A stretch of 64,000 nt of DNA from a virus: the IMG/VR virus record IMGVR_UViG_3300009000_000003. One strand, 5' to 3'. The notes below the pieces were generated by a model. That model did no database searches. It had not been told where the DNA came from and worked only from the letters and a program-made list of their open reading frames with translations. The position numbers and the translations under genes are program-made. Shown one piece after another: positions 21,178-32,034 of the stretch (its first letter is position 1; each line of letters opens with the position of its first letter).

Positions 21178-23023
21178 TCAATTATATAATTTTGATTTTT
21201 TAAAAAGAGAAGCAAGTTCTTTTCGACAAAATTTAAGACATACAAAAGGTTCGACAAGAAATGAAATCGAATCTTTTTTGTTTTCTAAAGCTTCAAATAT
21301 TAACAAGTATTCTTTTTTTAATTTAAAAAGAACAAAACCTATTTCAAGTAATGACTTTGTAAGAAATATAAACAATTTTAAATATGTGATGTATGTTCTG
21401 TTAAAAGAAAATACAGCAATAGAAAATTTATTAGAAGTATTTAAAAATAAGTCTAGCTCTTTTTTAAAGAGAGCAGATAAAGAAATAATTATTTTAGAAG
21501 ATCAAATCAAAGAGATTGATTTACAATTAAATTCTAAATACTCAAATGTTAAGTCGTTCTCTGTTTTTCAAGAAAAAGATTTTGAAGAAACTTATGACTT
21601 AATTGATTTAAAAACAAATTTGCGTTTAGAAAAAAAATATCAATGTAGTTATAAAGATGGGGTAATTAAAATTCCTAGCATAGCTAGTTTAGAAATACTG
21701 CCATCTAAAATAGAAATATTAAATGAAAAATCATTTAATAGTGACGCATTAATTTCTTTAAATAAAGAAACAAATACATCTTTTATATGGAGGGAAGAAA
21801 AATTCTTTTCATATATAGTGGGTAAAAAAGAAAACCATGATTATGGAGAACAAATAAAAAATAGAGAAGTTCAATTACAATTTGTATGCAGTTTCAATAC
21901 TGTAAGTAAATTAAATAATTTAAATATTACAATGTGTAGCGCACTACCTGTAAATATAAAAGAAATATATTATTGGGACAATGAATGGTTATTAATTGAA
22001 AACTTAGGAATAAAAGAAACTTATAAAGAAAAAAAGATTTGGTTCGAAACTTTAGAAACTAAAAAAATAAAAATTGTTTTAGAACAAAGAAAGTATATAG
22101 AGCTTTGTAAAAAAGAATCTTTAACAAATAAAGAAAACATAATTAATTCTTTTTCAAAATACTTGTCGTATGTAAACGAAGAAGAAATATTAAAAATATA
22201 TGATTTTTCTATTCAGTCTTTAAGCTTTAAATATGAAGCTTATAATAAAGTTGGTTTTTATAGAGAAGCTAACGAAATACAAGTAAACAATCCCTTAACA
22301 TTCTCTATTAAAGAAAACTTACTACTAAATACAGAGAAATGTTTTGTAGAAAAAGAAGCTCATGTAGTACTTTACGGAGACGAAAATAGAAGTGCCTTCA
22401 AGCAAGGAACAAAATCTAGTTTAAGAGTAAACTCAATTATTAAAATTCCTAATAGTAATAAAATACAAACAGAAGTTTTAATACCTATTAAAAATGAAGC
22501 AAAGCTTTCGTTCTTTCCAAAAATTAAAAAAGACTCTTTAAATGAAGAGTTACATAATGTAATTTCAGTACAATTAAATAACGTTGAATTAACAATGTAC
22601 CAAGACTTCTTAGTATCTATAGATGAAGGAAATACTTGGATAAACCAAGCTATAAGAATCGGAGAATTAGAAAAACAAATAAAAGAAAAAATTGCAGGGA
22701 GTGTTTATATTCAATTTATCAAAAGCCTCAACCCTGAAGACTTAATTACTTGTACATATAAGATAGACAATTTCTTTTATTTAAATGAAGAAAAAAATAT
22801 TTTCTTTTCTAATCTTGAAGTAGGTTTTGAAAAAAGTTTAAATAAATCGAGTGGATTTATTAGACCAAGATTTATTTTAAGAAATTTTAATTTTGATAAT
22901 GCAAGTGATATGATTAGCAACTATGTAGCTCTAATAGAAGAACTTAAAGAAGATTCTGAAAGTTATATAGAGTACGAAACATATAAAGAAAAAGCAGCGG
23001 AGAACAATATCAATGGCTTATAA
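21167..23023 (+). CDS. Structural protein (N-terminal coiled coil + beta-sandwich)
   Basis: 618 aa; architecture shared with the next two ORFs. Confidence 0.55.
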   Translation: MILDQLYNFDFLKREASSFRQNLRHTKGSTRNEIESFLFSKASNINKYSFFNLKRTKPISSNDFVRNINNFKYVMYVLLKENTAIENLLEVFKNKSSSFLKRADKEIIILEDQIKEIDLQLNSKYSNVKSFSVFQEKDFEETYDLIDLKTNLRLEKKYQCSYKDGVIKIPSIASLEILPSKIEILNEKSFNSDALISLNKETNTSFIWREEKFFSYIVGKKENHDYGEQIKNREVQLQFVCSFNTVSKLNNLNITMCSALPVNIKEIYYWDNEWLLIENLGIKETYKEKKIWFETLETKKIKIVLEQRKYIELCKKESLTNKENIINSFSKYLSYVNEEEILKIYDFSIQSLSFKYEAYNKVGFYREANEIQVNNPLTFSIKENLLLNTEKCFVEKEAHVVLYGDENRSAFKQGTKSSLRVNSIIKIPNSNKIQTEVLIPIKNEAKLSFFPKIKKDSLNEELHNVISVQLNNVELTMYQDFLVSIDEGNTWINQAIRIGELEKQIKEKIAGSVYIQFIKSLNPEDLITCTYKIDNFFYLNEEKNIFFSNLEVGFEKSLNKSSGFIRPRFILRNFNFDNASDMISNYVALIEELKEDSESYIEYETYKEKAAENNINGL

Positions 23024-25808
23024 TGATATCGTTATTAACGAAACTAATAGTTTATTAAAAAACCTGCTTTCAAAAAAAACAAATTCTGACTTTGCAGAAG
23101 AAAATATTAGTAATGAATTTGATTTAATTAATTATGAAATTAAAGAAAAAGATTTAAAAAAAAGTTTAACTAAAATCAATGCACTAAAACAGCTTGACGC
23201 TAATCAATTTAATAAATTAAAAGAGTTAATTGATTTTAAATTAAAAAAGATAAAACTAGAAAAAGAAAACCTAGTTACTTTTTCACAAGAATATTACAAT
23301 CAAATAGAAATTAAAAAAATAAATTTAGTTTCAAGTACAAAAGAATTAAGACAGAAAATGAGTATTCTGTCTGGATTCAGCAATGTTGTAAAATTTGCGT
23401 TTGAAGAAAACTTTAATAATTATTTTCAAATTAATACAAATGTAAAAAATTTATTAAATGTAGATACAAACAGTAATATCTGCACATTGCCAATTGAAGA
23501 AAAAACTAAATTAATTGTTAATTCAATTAAGATAAATAAAGAATCAAATTTAATTCCTGGAAATAATAGAACAGGAGAAAATAAATTAATTTTATCGTTA
23601 TTAAGCAACGATCAAAATAGTTATTTTGAATGCTTCAAATATGATTCTGGACCGGGAAAATTAATAATTTCTGGTGAATTTAAAAAAGAAGAAATTGTAA
23701 ATCAATTTGAAATTAGCGCTATACCCGTAAATGGAATTGTGTCTTTAGAAATTGAAGATATAATATATACAGATGCATTTAATAAAAGCATATCAATTAA
23801 AAAACTAATTGATAATAAAGAGCAAAAATTAAATATTAATAGCTTAGAAAATGAAGAAGCTTTAAATATTTATCATCTGCCTATAAAAGCATACAAATAT
23901 AAAATTGTTCTAAAAACAAAAGAATTTCAAATTGTAGAAAAACGAAAAGTTTTTAAAATAAGTTTAAAATCAATTAGCTTTTATAAAAACAAATACAAGG
24001 ACGAAGGGAACCTTAAATCAAAAAGTATTACTTCTCCTGAATCTATTTATCAGCTACAAGGTGTAGCAAAAGTATACCCAGATAAAAGTAATTCATATAT
24101 TCAAAAGCTTCAATTCTCTATTGACGGGGAAGACAGTTATATTAATGATAATTTCGGGACGTTTATCAATGGAGAACAAAAACAAGTAAATTATAATTAT
24201 AGTTTAACTAAAAACTTATCAAATTTAAATGTAAGAAACATTATTAAAAAAGATTTATTTTTACTAGATATTAAAACTTATTTAAAAAATTATAATAAAA
24301 AAGTTTCTCCAATATCTTACAATATAAATGAAGATAAAGAAAATTTCTTAATCTACCTACCAGATGTACTAAGAAGAAGTATAGATATAGAGGAAGCTAT
24401 AAAAATTGGAGCAGCAAGCACTGTAGGGTTGAATAGAATTTTATTACCAAAAATTCTTAGCAAATTAGATATTAAAAAAGATGAATTGATTATATTTTTT
24501 AATAATCAAAAATGGCTCCAAGTAGATCTTTTAGAAGAGGCTCAAACAGAAGGTTTCTTTTATATAGAAGACAATTTTGAAGCTATTAATGTTAATCTAA
24601 CTAATGTTAATTATTTTACTTGCAAACTTTTACTAAAACCAAAAATAATGCCTATGTTAAAAACAACAGAAGGTTATTATATTAAAATAAATGAAAATTT
24701 TGATTTAGATAAAAAGAAAATTAAATTAAAAAATTTATCTAAAAGTATTTATGAAAAAGAAGAATTTTTAGCTAAAGGCGAAACAAGTTTCTTTTTAGAA
24801 GAAGAGTATATAGTAGAAGGAAGTTTTAAATTATATTATGAAAACGAAAGTCAATGGATTGAAGATACTAGTGAAATAGAAATAGACTATTTAACTGGTA
24901 GATTATTCACTTTTGAACATGAAGAATACGAAAGAAAAGTAATTTATTCTTATTATAAAGAATCAGAAATAAAAGATTTTTCTGTATGGAACAAAGAAAA
25001 TAATTTTTTTGGTTTGTTTATAAATGAAGAAGATATTGCTTTAGAAAATATAAAGCAAAACTTAAATGAGTTACCAAATAATTTCTTTTATTTAAGTGAT
25101 GAAGCCAGATCAAGCATTAATTCAAGTAAATCTTTTGTTTTAAAAGAAGCAGGTATAATAAAAGGAAGCCTGTCTTTAGAAGAAAATATGTTTGAAGGAG
25201 ACGATTTTAAAGAAGTAGAATTTGTAAATGGGTATATAGAATTTTTAAATCTTAAAAAAATATTAGAAGACCAAGTACCTCAAATAGAAGCTAATTCAGA
25301 AAATAAAGTCACATTTACTTTAAGCGAAAAAATTTATAGTACCAATGATGTAGTTGTTTATAAAGATGATGAAATTGTATCTACGGAGATAGAATTTGAT
25401 GCATCTAAAAGAATTTGTACTTTAACTTTAGTAGATGGAGATTTAATAGCTGAGGGATACCATTTATCTTATTACTATATTGATGAAGAAAATTATAACG
25501 AAGATATTAAAAAATATAGTGTAAATTATGATAAAGGTATACTTTATACATCTGAAAATATTTTAAATCCAGAAACAAAAACAATAAATTACGAAGTAAA
25601 TAGAGTGTTATTAAATTATAGTATAGTGTCTTTAGTTGAAGATTATTTCTTTGAAGAAAATGTAATAAAAGTTTACACAGAAAACCTTCCAGAAAGAAAC
25701 AAACAAATTAAATTTGGCTTTTATCAAAGTATAGATAATTTTTCTATAGAAGGCTTAGAAGATTATTATTCTCCATTATTATATAAAATAAAAATTGAAA
25801 TGAGTTAA
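23013..25808 (+). CDS. Structural protein (N-terminal coiled coil + beta-sandwich)
   Basis: 931 aa; architecture shared with its neighbours. Confidence 0.55.
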   Translation: MAYNDIVINETNSLLKNLLSKKTNSDFAEENISNEFDLINYEIKEKDLKKSLTKINALKQLDANQFNKLKELIDFKLKKIKLEKENLVTFSQEYYNQIEIKKINLVSSTKELRQKMSILSGFSNVVKFAFEENFNNYFQINTNVKNLLNVDTNSNICTLPIEEKTKLIVNSIKINKESNLIPGNNRTGENKLILSLLSNDQNSYFECFKYDSGPGKLIISGEFKKEEIVNQFEISAIPVNGIVSLEIEDIIYTDAFNKSISIKKLIDNKEQKLNINSLENEEALNIYHLPIKAYKYKIVLKTKEFQIVEKRKVFKISLKSISFYKNKYKDEGNLKSKSITSPESIYQLQGVAKVYPDKSNSYIQKLQFSIDGEDSYINDNFGTFINGEQKQVNYNYSLTKNLSNLNVRNIIKKDLFLLDIKTYLKNYNKKVSPISYNINEDKENFLIYLPDVLRRSIDIEEAIKIGAASTVGLNRILLPKILSKLDIKKDELIIFFNNQKWLQVDLLEEAQTEGFFYIEDNFEAINVNLTNVNYFTCKLLLKPKIMPMLKTTEGYYIKINENFDLDKKKIKLKNLSKSIYEKEEFLAKGETSFFLEEEYIVEGSFKLYYENESQWIEDTSEIEIDYLTGRLFTFEHEEYERKVIYSYYKESEIKDFSVWNKENNFFGLFINEEDIALENIKQNLNELPNNFFYLSDEARSSINSSKSFVLKEAGIIKGSLSLEENMFEGDDFKEVEFVNGYIEFLNLKKILEDQVPQIEANSENKVTFTLSEKIYSTNDVVVYKDDEIVSTEIEFDASKRICTLTLVDGDLIAEGYHLSYYYIDEENYNEDIKKYSVNYDKGILYTSENILNPETKTINYEVNRVLLNYSIVSLVEDYFFEENVIKVYTENLPERNKQIKFGFYQSIDNFSIEGLEDYYSPLLYKIKIEMS

Positions 25809-25810
25809 AA

Positions 25811-27808
25811 ATGGAAAACTCAATTAAAAAATATTTATTAAAAAAATATATTGAAGAAAATAATAAAGTACCTTCTAGAAATATTTTAAATTTATTATAT
25901 CAAAATTTTATTAAAGAAAATCCTGAAAGTTTAGAAGTAGGAATTTTTCCAGGAAGCAAAAGTAGTTTACCTCAAGGTGGAGAAGAATCCTCTAGTGGTA
26001 ACTTTGAAGAATTAAAAGAAAAAATATTATTAGATTTAGAAGAGTTCGAAAATAAAATAGAAGAAGAAAAATATTTATTTTATAAATATTTTAATACTTT
26101 TACTAATTCATTTAATAAAAGCATTTCTAAAATTAAAAACTTAGAAAGAAATGTTAATAAAAATTTATTAATTCATTCTAAAGATGATCCGTTTGTATAT
26201 TCAGTTGTAGAGGATTTTACTGATTATTCAAAAGTAGATTTTGATAATTCAAACATATATTTTTTTAACGGAAAAGCTACATTAGGGTTTAAAAAAGTAG
26301 CCTCTGATTCTTTTAATCAAAGCGAAATAAAATATTCTTTTAATCATCAAGACAATATGGGCGCAGGATATAAAGCTTATAATGATATATCTAATGTTTT
26401 AAAAGAAGATGGAAAGTACTTTAAAGTAGTTGCATACTCTACAAGCAAAACAGAAACTGTAAATTTTGTAATTAATATTGACTTTGATGAACCAAAAGAA
26501 ATCGACACGATTAAATATTTAACTCAAAATGTAAATAAAAATAGCAAGATAGTACAAACTTGTTTTTGGTCTCCAAATGGAAACAATTTCTACGAAATAT
26601 TTGAAAGTAAATTAGTAATACAAAACAATTCAAACTATGTAGAAATTAAACAAGAAAAAGTAAAATCAATTAAATTAGTACTTACTAAAGAAGTGTCTGA
26701 CTATACAGATGCTGGGAAATACGTTTATTTATTTACTTTAGATTTTATTGGTTATACTGAAAATTCATATAAAATAAATACTGATTCTACAATGTATTTA
26801 GGTCCATATGAAATATTAGATGAAAACGATGAGCCAGTAAACTTTAGTTTAGCAACAGTAAAGGGAGGTACTTGCTGCATCATACCAGATGAAACTTCTA
26901 TAGATATGTTTGTATCTAAAGATAATTCTAGTTGGATAAAAGCAGATTTTAAAGGTACTTCTCAACAAGTAATACAATTTTCTGAATCAGAAGAAAATGC
27001 AGAAACATATAACATCTTTAATATTTTAGATGAAAGTTCTGAAAGCAACTGGGTTGCTGAAAACTATCCAGAAGAATTAAGTTTAAAGAAAAATGAAAGA
27101 TGTTTAAATGTTTATGTACCAAAAGAAAACAAAGCGCTTATAAATTTTAATTCTTTAAACATACAAAGAAATATTTTAAAAGAAGATAAAGTAAAACTTT
27201 ATAAGGCTTACTCAGGCTGGGAATATAAAGAAGGGTATTATCACACCAATATTATCTGCAATTCAATTGAAGGTATGTATATAGATTTTGGAAATAGAAG
27301 TTGTTTTTTAAATGGACAGCAAACCAATGGAAAAACTTTTATTAGTTTTGGAAAGCATTCTTTTAAAACTTCTAAAGAGAATTGGTTACATATTAAAGAC
27401 GAACCCAATATAAATTCATTAAAATCTTTAAAAGAAAAAGATAAGCTGTATCCTTTTAATCACAAGTATTTGATAGAAGGTTTTGATTACAAAATTGATT
27501 TTAGAGGAAATAAAAAGTATAAAAAGAAATTAGATATTTTTTCATTTGATTTAAAATTACTTAGTAATTCAAAGTTTGCTTATGAAAATGAGTTAGATGT
27601 ATTTACTTTGAAAGAAGTTGACGAAAATATTTACATCATAGTAAAATGTAAAGAAATTAGTGGTGAAGAAAAAATAGAAGACTACAACATCACTTATCGT
27701 AAAAACGACACAATCAATTCAAATAAATTATATATTAAAGCAATTTTAAGAAGTGCAAATGAAAAAGTAACTCCTAAAATAGATCAAATCCAAGTCAGGG
27801 TAATCTAA
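25811..27808 (+). CDS. Structural protein with discoidin/F5-8C-like domain
   Basis: INIDFDEPKEIDTIKY...WSPNGNNFYEI...VKSIKLVLTK; C-terminal LYIKAILRS..VTPKIDQIQV. Confidence 0.55.
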   Translation: MENSIKKYLLKKYIEENNKVPSRNILNLLYQNFIKENPESLEVGIFPGSKSSLPQGGEESSSGNFEELKEKILLDLEEFENKIEEEKYLFYKYFNTFTNSFNKSISKIKNLERNVNKNLLIHSKDDPFVYSVVEDFTDYSKVDFDNSNIYFFNGKATLGFKKVASDSFNQSEIKYSFNHQDNMGAGYKAYNDISNVLKEDGKYFKVVAYSTSKTETVNFVINIDFDEPKEIDTIKYLTQNVNKNSKIVQTCFWSPNGNNFYEIFESKLVIQNNSNYVEIKQEKVKSIKLVLTKEVSDYTDAGKYVYLFTLDFIGYTENSYKINTDSTMYLGPYEILDENDEPVNFSLATVKGGTCCIIPDETSIDMFVSKDNSSWIKADFKGTSQQVIQFSESEENAETYNIFNILDESSESNWVAENYPEELSLKKNERCLNVYVPKENKALINFNSLNIQRNILKEDKVKLYKAYSGWEYKEGYYHTNIICNSIEGMYIDFGNRSCFLNGQQTNGKTFISFGKHSFKTSKENWLHIKDEPNINSLKSLKEKDKLYPFNHKYLIEGFDYKIDFRGNKKYKKKLDIFSFDLKLLSNSKFAYENELDVFTLKEVDENIYIIVKCKEISGEEKIEDYNITYRKNDTINSNKLYIKAILRSANEKVTPKIDQIQVRVI

Positions 27809-29875
27809 ATGGCAACCAACTTTTTAAATAATCTAAACTATCCAATAGTAATAAATTCATCAGCAGTAACAAATGCAGATAATAAAGAGGCTATATATTT
27901 AAACTCTGTAAAGAACAGAAATGATTTAAACAATATAAGCGCTTATATTAACACTTTATTGGTACCTGCTATGCAGGGGTTAGCTAGCGGGCCAAAGTAT
28001 CCTTATGATGCCGTTGTAGATGGTATTTCAGGGCTTACTACAATTACTTATCCAGAGGAAAAAGGTAACAATCAATTTAACATTGGATTATACTGGAAAA
28101 AAGATTCAGAAACAGAACCAGGTAGACCTTGTACTATTAAGGAATCTTTTGATTATTTATTAAGCAACTTAGTAGACAGAATTGTTGAAGTACAACAATC
28201 GACTACAGACTTAACTGAAGTTTGGGAACAAATTAGATGCAACTCTTTAAATTTAGAAAGAGTTAAAAAAGACAGTTTGGGCGAACAATATATTCTTGAA
28301 TGCTTATCAAATAAGCAAAGAGAATGGGATCTTTCTAAACATATCTATGAAATTTTATTTCAACTTACAGAAGGTCATGATGAAGCTCAATTAGCTGAAT
28401 TAGATTCTGGAGCTGATTATCCGAGCTTATCTATTAAAACTTCTTTATTAATTCCTGGGCCAGAAGGTCCCGCTGGGCCAACTGGGCCTCAAGGGCCTGC
28501 TGGAGTAGACGGCGGGAATGCAATATTTTATTCTAGAGAGCAATTGGCACCTACAATTGAAAATGTTAAAGAAACTACTTTAGATAAATTAAGTAGCGCT
28601 AATAACTTTAAATTTAATTCAATTGAAAATCAATTTAATATTGTTAATGCTGGTAAAGACAGAGGATTATCTTTAGGAGAAACTTTAAATTTAACAGTTT
28701 TTGGAGATTTTCCTGGAACTGGAATACCAGATCATGGAGAAGCTAGAGCATATACTTTTTGTAGTACAGGAAGTCCCGACATAAATAGAATTATTGATTT
28801 AATTGAATACGAATCAAACGGTGTACCTTCATTAAAAAGTTTAATGCAAAATGTATCAACTTTAAATAATAATTTAAATGCAAAGTTTATCGCACCTATT
28901 TGGAATAGAAATTATTTAACAAATAAAGTAGGGGATGAAATTTTAGCTGTAGAAGAATCTTACACGCCAATCATTGGCGTATCTAGAGATGATATAACTT
29001 ATTCAGACATCACTTTTAATAGCGCATTCGTTTGGAACGAAGAAGAGTATGTTGGATTGCAAGATGATTACGAAAATGCCAATGCATTTAATTTAGGAGA
29101 AACTGCTACTTTAAAAAGACATTATTGTTCAATGGGCGAGTCACCTATAATTATGCTAGGTGAATACTTGCAAGGAGACGAAATTGTAGCAGTACCTTTT
29201 CAACTGTTAATAAATAGAGGAATACCTGTTAGATTTTTGCTTACTGGGCTGCAAGATATTGATAGTAGCGAGCCGCACCATTTTAATGCTAATGTAATAG
29301 GAATGTCTAAAAGGTATTTTGAAGAATCTATATTAGACAGTTATTTATTAGATCCAGATCCAGAAAATAATGCTCAAGAAAAAATTCAAGAACAACTTTT
29401 TAATTCTTTAAATATTATTGAAGATGATCAAGGAAATCTAGTGGGGGCCGCTTACGAAAAATTGCCTTCTTTAATGTTTAGGGAAGATGTTGATTTTGGT
29501 AGCGAAAATAGCGATGACTTGAGAATATATACAAAAGGAAATTGGGAAAAATATATCAACTTAAATACATTGGGAATTATTACTAATAAATCAAATTATG
29601 GAGAAGTAGAAGAAAATCCTAGATTGTTTAATGAAGATCCAAACCTTGGACTTTTAGATCTTGGAATTTTAAATTCTGATGCTAATAAAATGTGCAGCGA
29701 TATTTTAAATATACAAGATGACAATTTTGCTAGTGGAATAATTTATTACCCTTACATAGAAAAAGTTTGGGAACTTTTGTTTGGAGAAACAAAAGATAAA
29801 ACAAACATAACTCAAAGATTAGCTGTAGCTAAACATTCAAGACTAAGCATAGCTTATGCTAATATAAAAGTGTAA
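27809..29875 (+). CDS. Structural/fibre protein with short collagen-like linker
   Basis: GPEGPAGPTGPQGPAGVDG (about 28457-28513). Confidence 0.55.
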   Translation: MATNFLNNLNYPIVINSSAVTNADNKEAIYLNSVKNRNDLNNISAYINTLLVPAMQGLASGPKYPYDAVVDGISGLTTITYPEEKGNNQFNIGLYWKKDSETEPGRPCTIKESFDYLLSNLVDRIVEVQQSTTDLTEVWEQIRCNSLNLERVKKDSLGEQYILECLSNKQREWDLSKHIYEILFQLTEGHDEAQLAELDSGADYPSLSIKTSLLIPGPEGPAGPTGPQGPAGVDGGNAIFYSREQLAPTIENVKETTLDKLSSANNFKFNSIENQFNIVNAGKDRGLSLGETLNLTVFGDFPGTGIPDHGEARAYTFCSTGSPDINRIIDLIEYESNGVPSLKSLMQNVSTLNNNLNAKFIAPIWNRNYLTNKVGDEILAVEESYTPIIGVSRDDITYSDITFNSAFVWNEEEYVGLQDDYENANAFNLGETATLKRHYCSMGESPIIMLGEYLQGDEIVAVPFQLLINRGIPVRFLLTGLQDIDSSEPHHFNANVIGMSKRYFEESILDSYLLDPDPENNAQEKIQEQLFNSLNIIEDDQGNLVGAAYEKLPSLMFREDVDFGSENSDDLRIYTKGNWEKYINLNTLGIITNKSNYGEVEENPRLFNEDPNLGLLDLGILNSDANKMCSDILNIQDDNFASGIIYYPYIEKVWELLFGETKDKTNITQRLAVAKHSRLSIAYANIKV

Positions 29876-29885
29876 GGAGAAATAA

Positions 29886-30200
29886 ATGAAAGAAGACCAA
29901 GATATAAATCTAGTTTCTTACCGCTTAAAAGAAATTGAAAATAGTTTAGACAAGCACTTAGAAAAGCTGTCTAATAAAATTGATCTTCTTTTAGAACAAG
30001 TAAATAAAACAACTATTGCTCAATCTGAAACTAAAGTAAAAGTACAAAAGTTAGAAAGTGACGTACAAAATTTAATTAAAGCAGATGAAAATTTAAAAGA
30101 AGAAATTACAAAACTAAAAGTTACGCTTGCAGAAAAATTAGGATGGGGAGCTGTAGGCGGAATTTTAAGTGGAGTAATTTTAAAAATGTTAGGACAATAA
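29886..30200 (+). CDS. Coiled-coil protein with C-terminal TM helix (holin/XhlA-like)
   Basis: RBS AAGGAG; heptad coiled coil followed by LGWGAVGGILSGVILKML. Confidence 0.45.
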   Translation: MKEDQDINLVSYRLKEIENSLDKHLEKLSNKIDLLLEQVNKTTIAQSETKVKVQKLESDVQNLIKADENLKEEITKLKVTLAEKLGWGAVGGILSGVILKMLGQ

Positions 30201-30201
30201 T

Positions 30202-30429
30202 ATGCCATTAGATCCAAATAATAATTTTGATAGAATTACTTTAAATAGAATTTCTAATCTTGAAGAAAGAATTAGAGACTTATTTACAGTTCAAAACAAT
30301 CTTGTATCTAATGCACAAGTATCAGAACTACTTACAGCTATATCAACAGAACTTAGCGTGATTAAAGAAACGCTAAGCTCATTAGAAAAAAGAGTAAGTA
30401 TTTTAGAAGATATTCCAGAAATTAATTAA
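30202..30429 (+). CDS. Small coiled-coil hypothetical protein
   Basis: Last ORF of the + strand operon. Confidence 0.55.
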   Translation: MPLDPNNNFDRITLNRISNLEERIRDLFTVQNNLVSNAQVSELLTAISTELSVIKETLSSLEKRVSILEDIPEIN

Positions 30430-30481
30430 CATTTAAAACTGAATTAATTTTAGTAATAATATCTTTAATCTTTAATTTGCT

Positions 30482-30533
30482 AGACTCTAGATCATTAATA
30501 TTTTTTTGAATTTTTTTTAATGAATTAGAGTCT
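30482..30533. terminator. Imperfect inverted repeat at the convergence of the two operons (possible bidirectional terminator)
   Basis: AGACTCTAGATCATTAA ... TTAATGAATTAGAGTCT (15/17 complementary) with an 18-nt T-rich spacer. Confidence 0.35.
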
Positions 30534-30548
30534 TTATTTCGTTTGCAA

Positions 30549-30860
30549 TTACACATCTTGCTCTAAGTCCTTCAACTTGTTTTTAAGGCGTGTATTTTCA
30601 GAACGTACTTTTTTAAGATCTGCTTTAAGATCAGATGCCTCTTCAGCAAGTTGAGTAAGCAAACGATTCAAGTCTTCAATTTTTTGATCAGAATCTTTTT
30701 GCAAAAGCTCTAACTCAGCTTCAAGCTCTGGACATCTAGTACATGCAGCTTGCTTAGTATTAGATTTGCAAGAAGCCAGTTGTTGTTTAAGAGAAATGAT
30801 TTCATTTTGAAGTTGAACAACTTTTTTAGCAGACGCTTGTCTTTCTTTAAATAAGCTCAT
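30549..30860 (-). CDS. Coiled-coil hypothetical protein
   Basis: ATG at 30860 (MSLFKE) just after the upstream stop; CxxC in a coiled coil. Confidence 0.6.
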   Translation of the reverse strand: MSLFKERQASAKKVVQLQNEIISLKQQLASCKSNTKQAACTRCPELEAELELLQKDSDQKIEDLNRLLTQLAEEASDLKADLKKVRSENTRLKNKLKDLEQDV

Positions 30861-30862
30861 AA

Positions 30863-31360
30863 TTAAAATCCTGTAGGCTTGTGTGGAGTAAAAATGAGAT
30901 GAGGCTCCCAAGAATCAGAATCATTATTAAATGATTGATCTTTATCTAATACCACATGAATACCAATTTTATCTACTTTTACAGAAAGCACATTATCCAT
31001 ACTAATAACATTAGCGATTTGCTCTGCTAGCCACTTCTTACCTTGAACCTCCCATTGGGGGAGTTTTGTAGTATTATTAAAATCTACTACAGTAGCAACT
31101 TGAGTATTTTTATTAGAGTATGAATTAATTAAAGAAATTTCTACATCTTTAAAATGGCGACACCTTCTAAGCCAAGTAAAAATTGCAGTAGGCAATTGTT
31201 CAGCGCTGACTAAGTCAGTTAAATTTTTACCACCTGGAATTACCATTTTAAGTTGTTTGTTAATTTTAGGACCTTGTAGTTTTTTAACTAAAGATTCTTG
31301 ATTTGCAATAGAAGAATTAGTGCCTAATTGCTTGATTGCATCTGTTTTATTAATAGACAT
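30863..31360 (-). CDS. Hypothetical protein
   Basis: Coupled ORF. Confidence 0.6.
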   Translation of the reverse strand: MSINKTDAIKQLGTNSSIANQESLVKKLQGPKINKQLKMVIPGGKNLTDLVSAEQLPTAIFTWLRRCRHFKDVEISLINSYSNKNTQVATVVDFNNTTKLPQWEVQGKKWLAEQIANVISMDNVLSVKVDKIGIHVVLDKDQSFNNDSDSWEPHLIFTPHKPTGF

Positions 31361-32034
31361 AAATTATCTCTTTTCTCAGATAAATTTGAAGTATATTTAA
31401 AGTTTTTGTTTTCAACGCTAGGTTTATAATAAGTAAGTTTATTATAAAGATACATTTTTAGATCATCGCCATCAAAATTATCTGGAATAGATAAGTCAAT
31501 ATATTTGAATGGCTCTATTATAAAATAATCAATTTCTTCAGTAGCTCTATAAAGTAAGTCTCTATTAACTTCTAAAATATATTTTCGTATAATAGAAAAG
31601 ATAAACATTTTAATTTCATTAACAATATAAAACCAAAATTTCTTTTCTTTTTTATATCTAGAAGCAGGTATATGAGCTTTTTTATTTAAGTGCAAAATAA
31701 AAGCCTCAATGCATATATCTAAAAAAGACATGTTGTTATTCTTTAAATATGTGTCTAGCAAAGAGAATTTTTTTTCTAAAGTAAAAGGAGTGCCATCATC
31801 TGCTTCTAGTAATCTTAATAAAGTATAGAAAGTTATATCTTTATAATAATTTCTGTTTTCGTAACAAGCTTGCCATACTAAAAACGTAGGAAGTATTTTA
31901 TTTAAAATATAACTATAACTTTTTTTACACTTATGTTTTTTAACAGCTATATACTTGCTTTGAAAAATCTCAAAATTTATATTGCTGTAAATAGGTATTA
32001 CATTAGTATCTAAAGTTATAGTTTCTAATTTCAT
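31324..32034 (-). CDS. Hypothetical protein
   Basis: Coupled ORF (ATGA overlap). Confidence 0.55.
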   Translation of the reverse strand: MKLETITLDTNVIPIYSNINFEIFQSKYIAVKKHKCKKSYSYILNKILPTFLVWQACYENRNYYKDITFYTLLRLLEADDGTPFTLEKKFSLLDTYLKNNNMSFLDICIEAFILHLNKKAHIPASRYKKEKKFWFYIVNEIKMFIFSIIRKYILEVNRDLLYRATEEIDYFIIEPFKYIDLSIPDNFDGDDLKMYLYNKLTYYKPSVENKNFKYTSNLSEKRDNLCLLIKQMQSSN

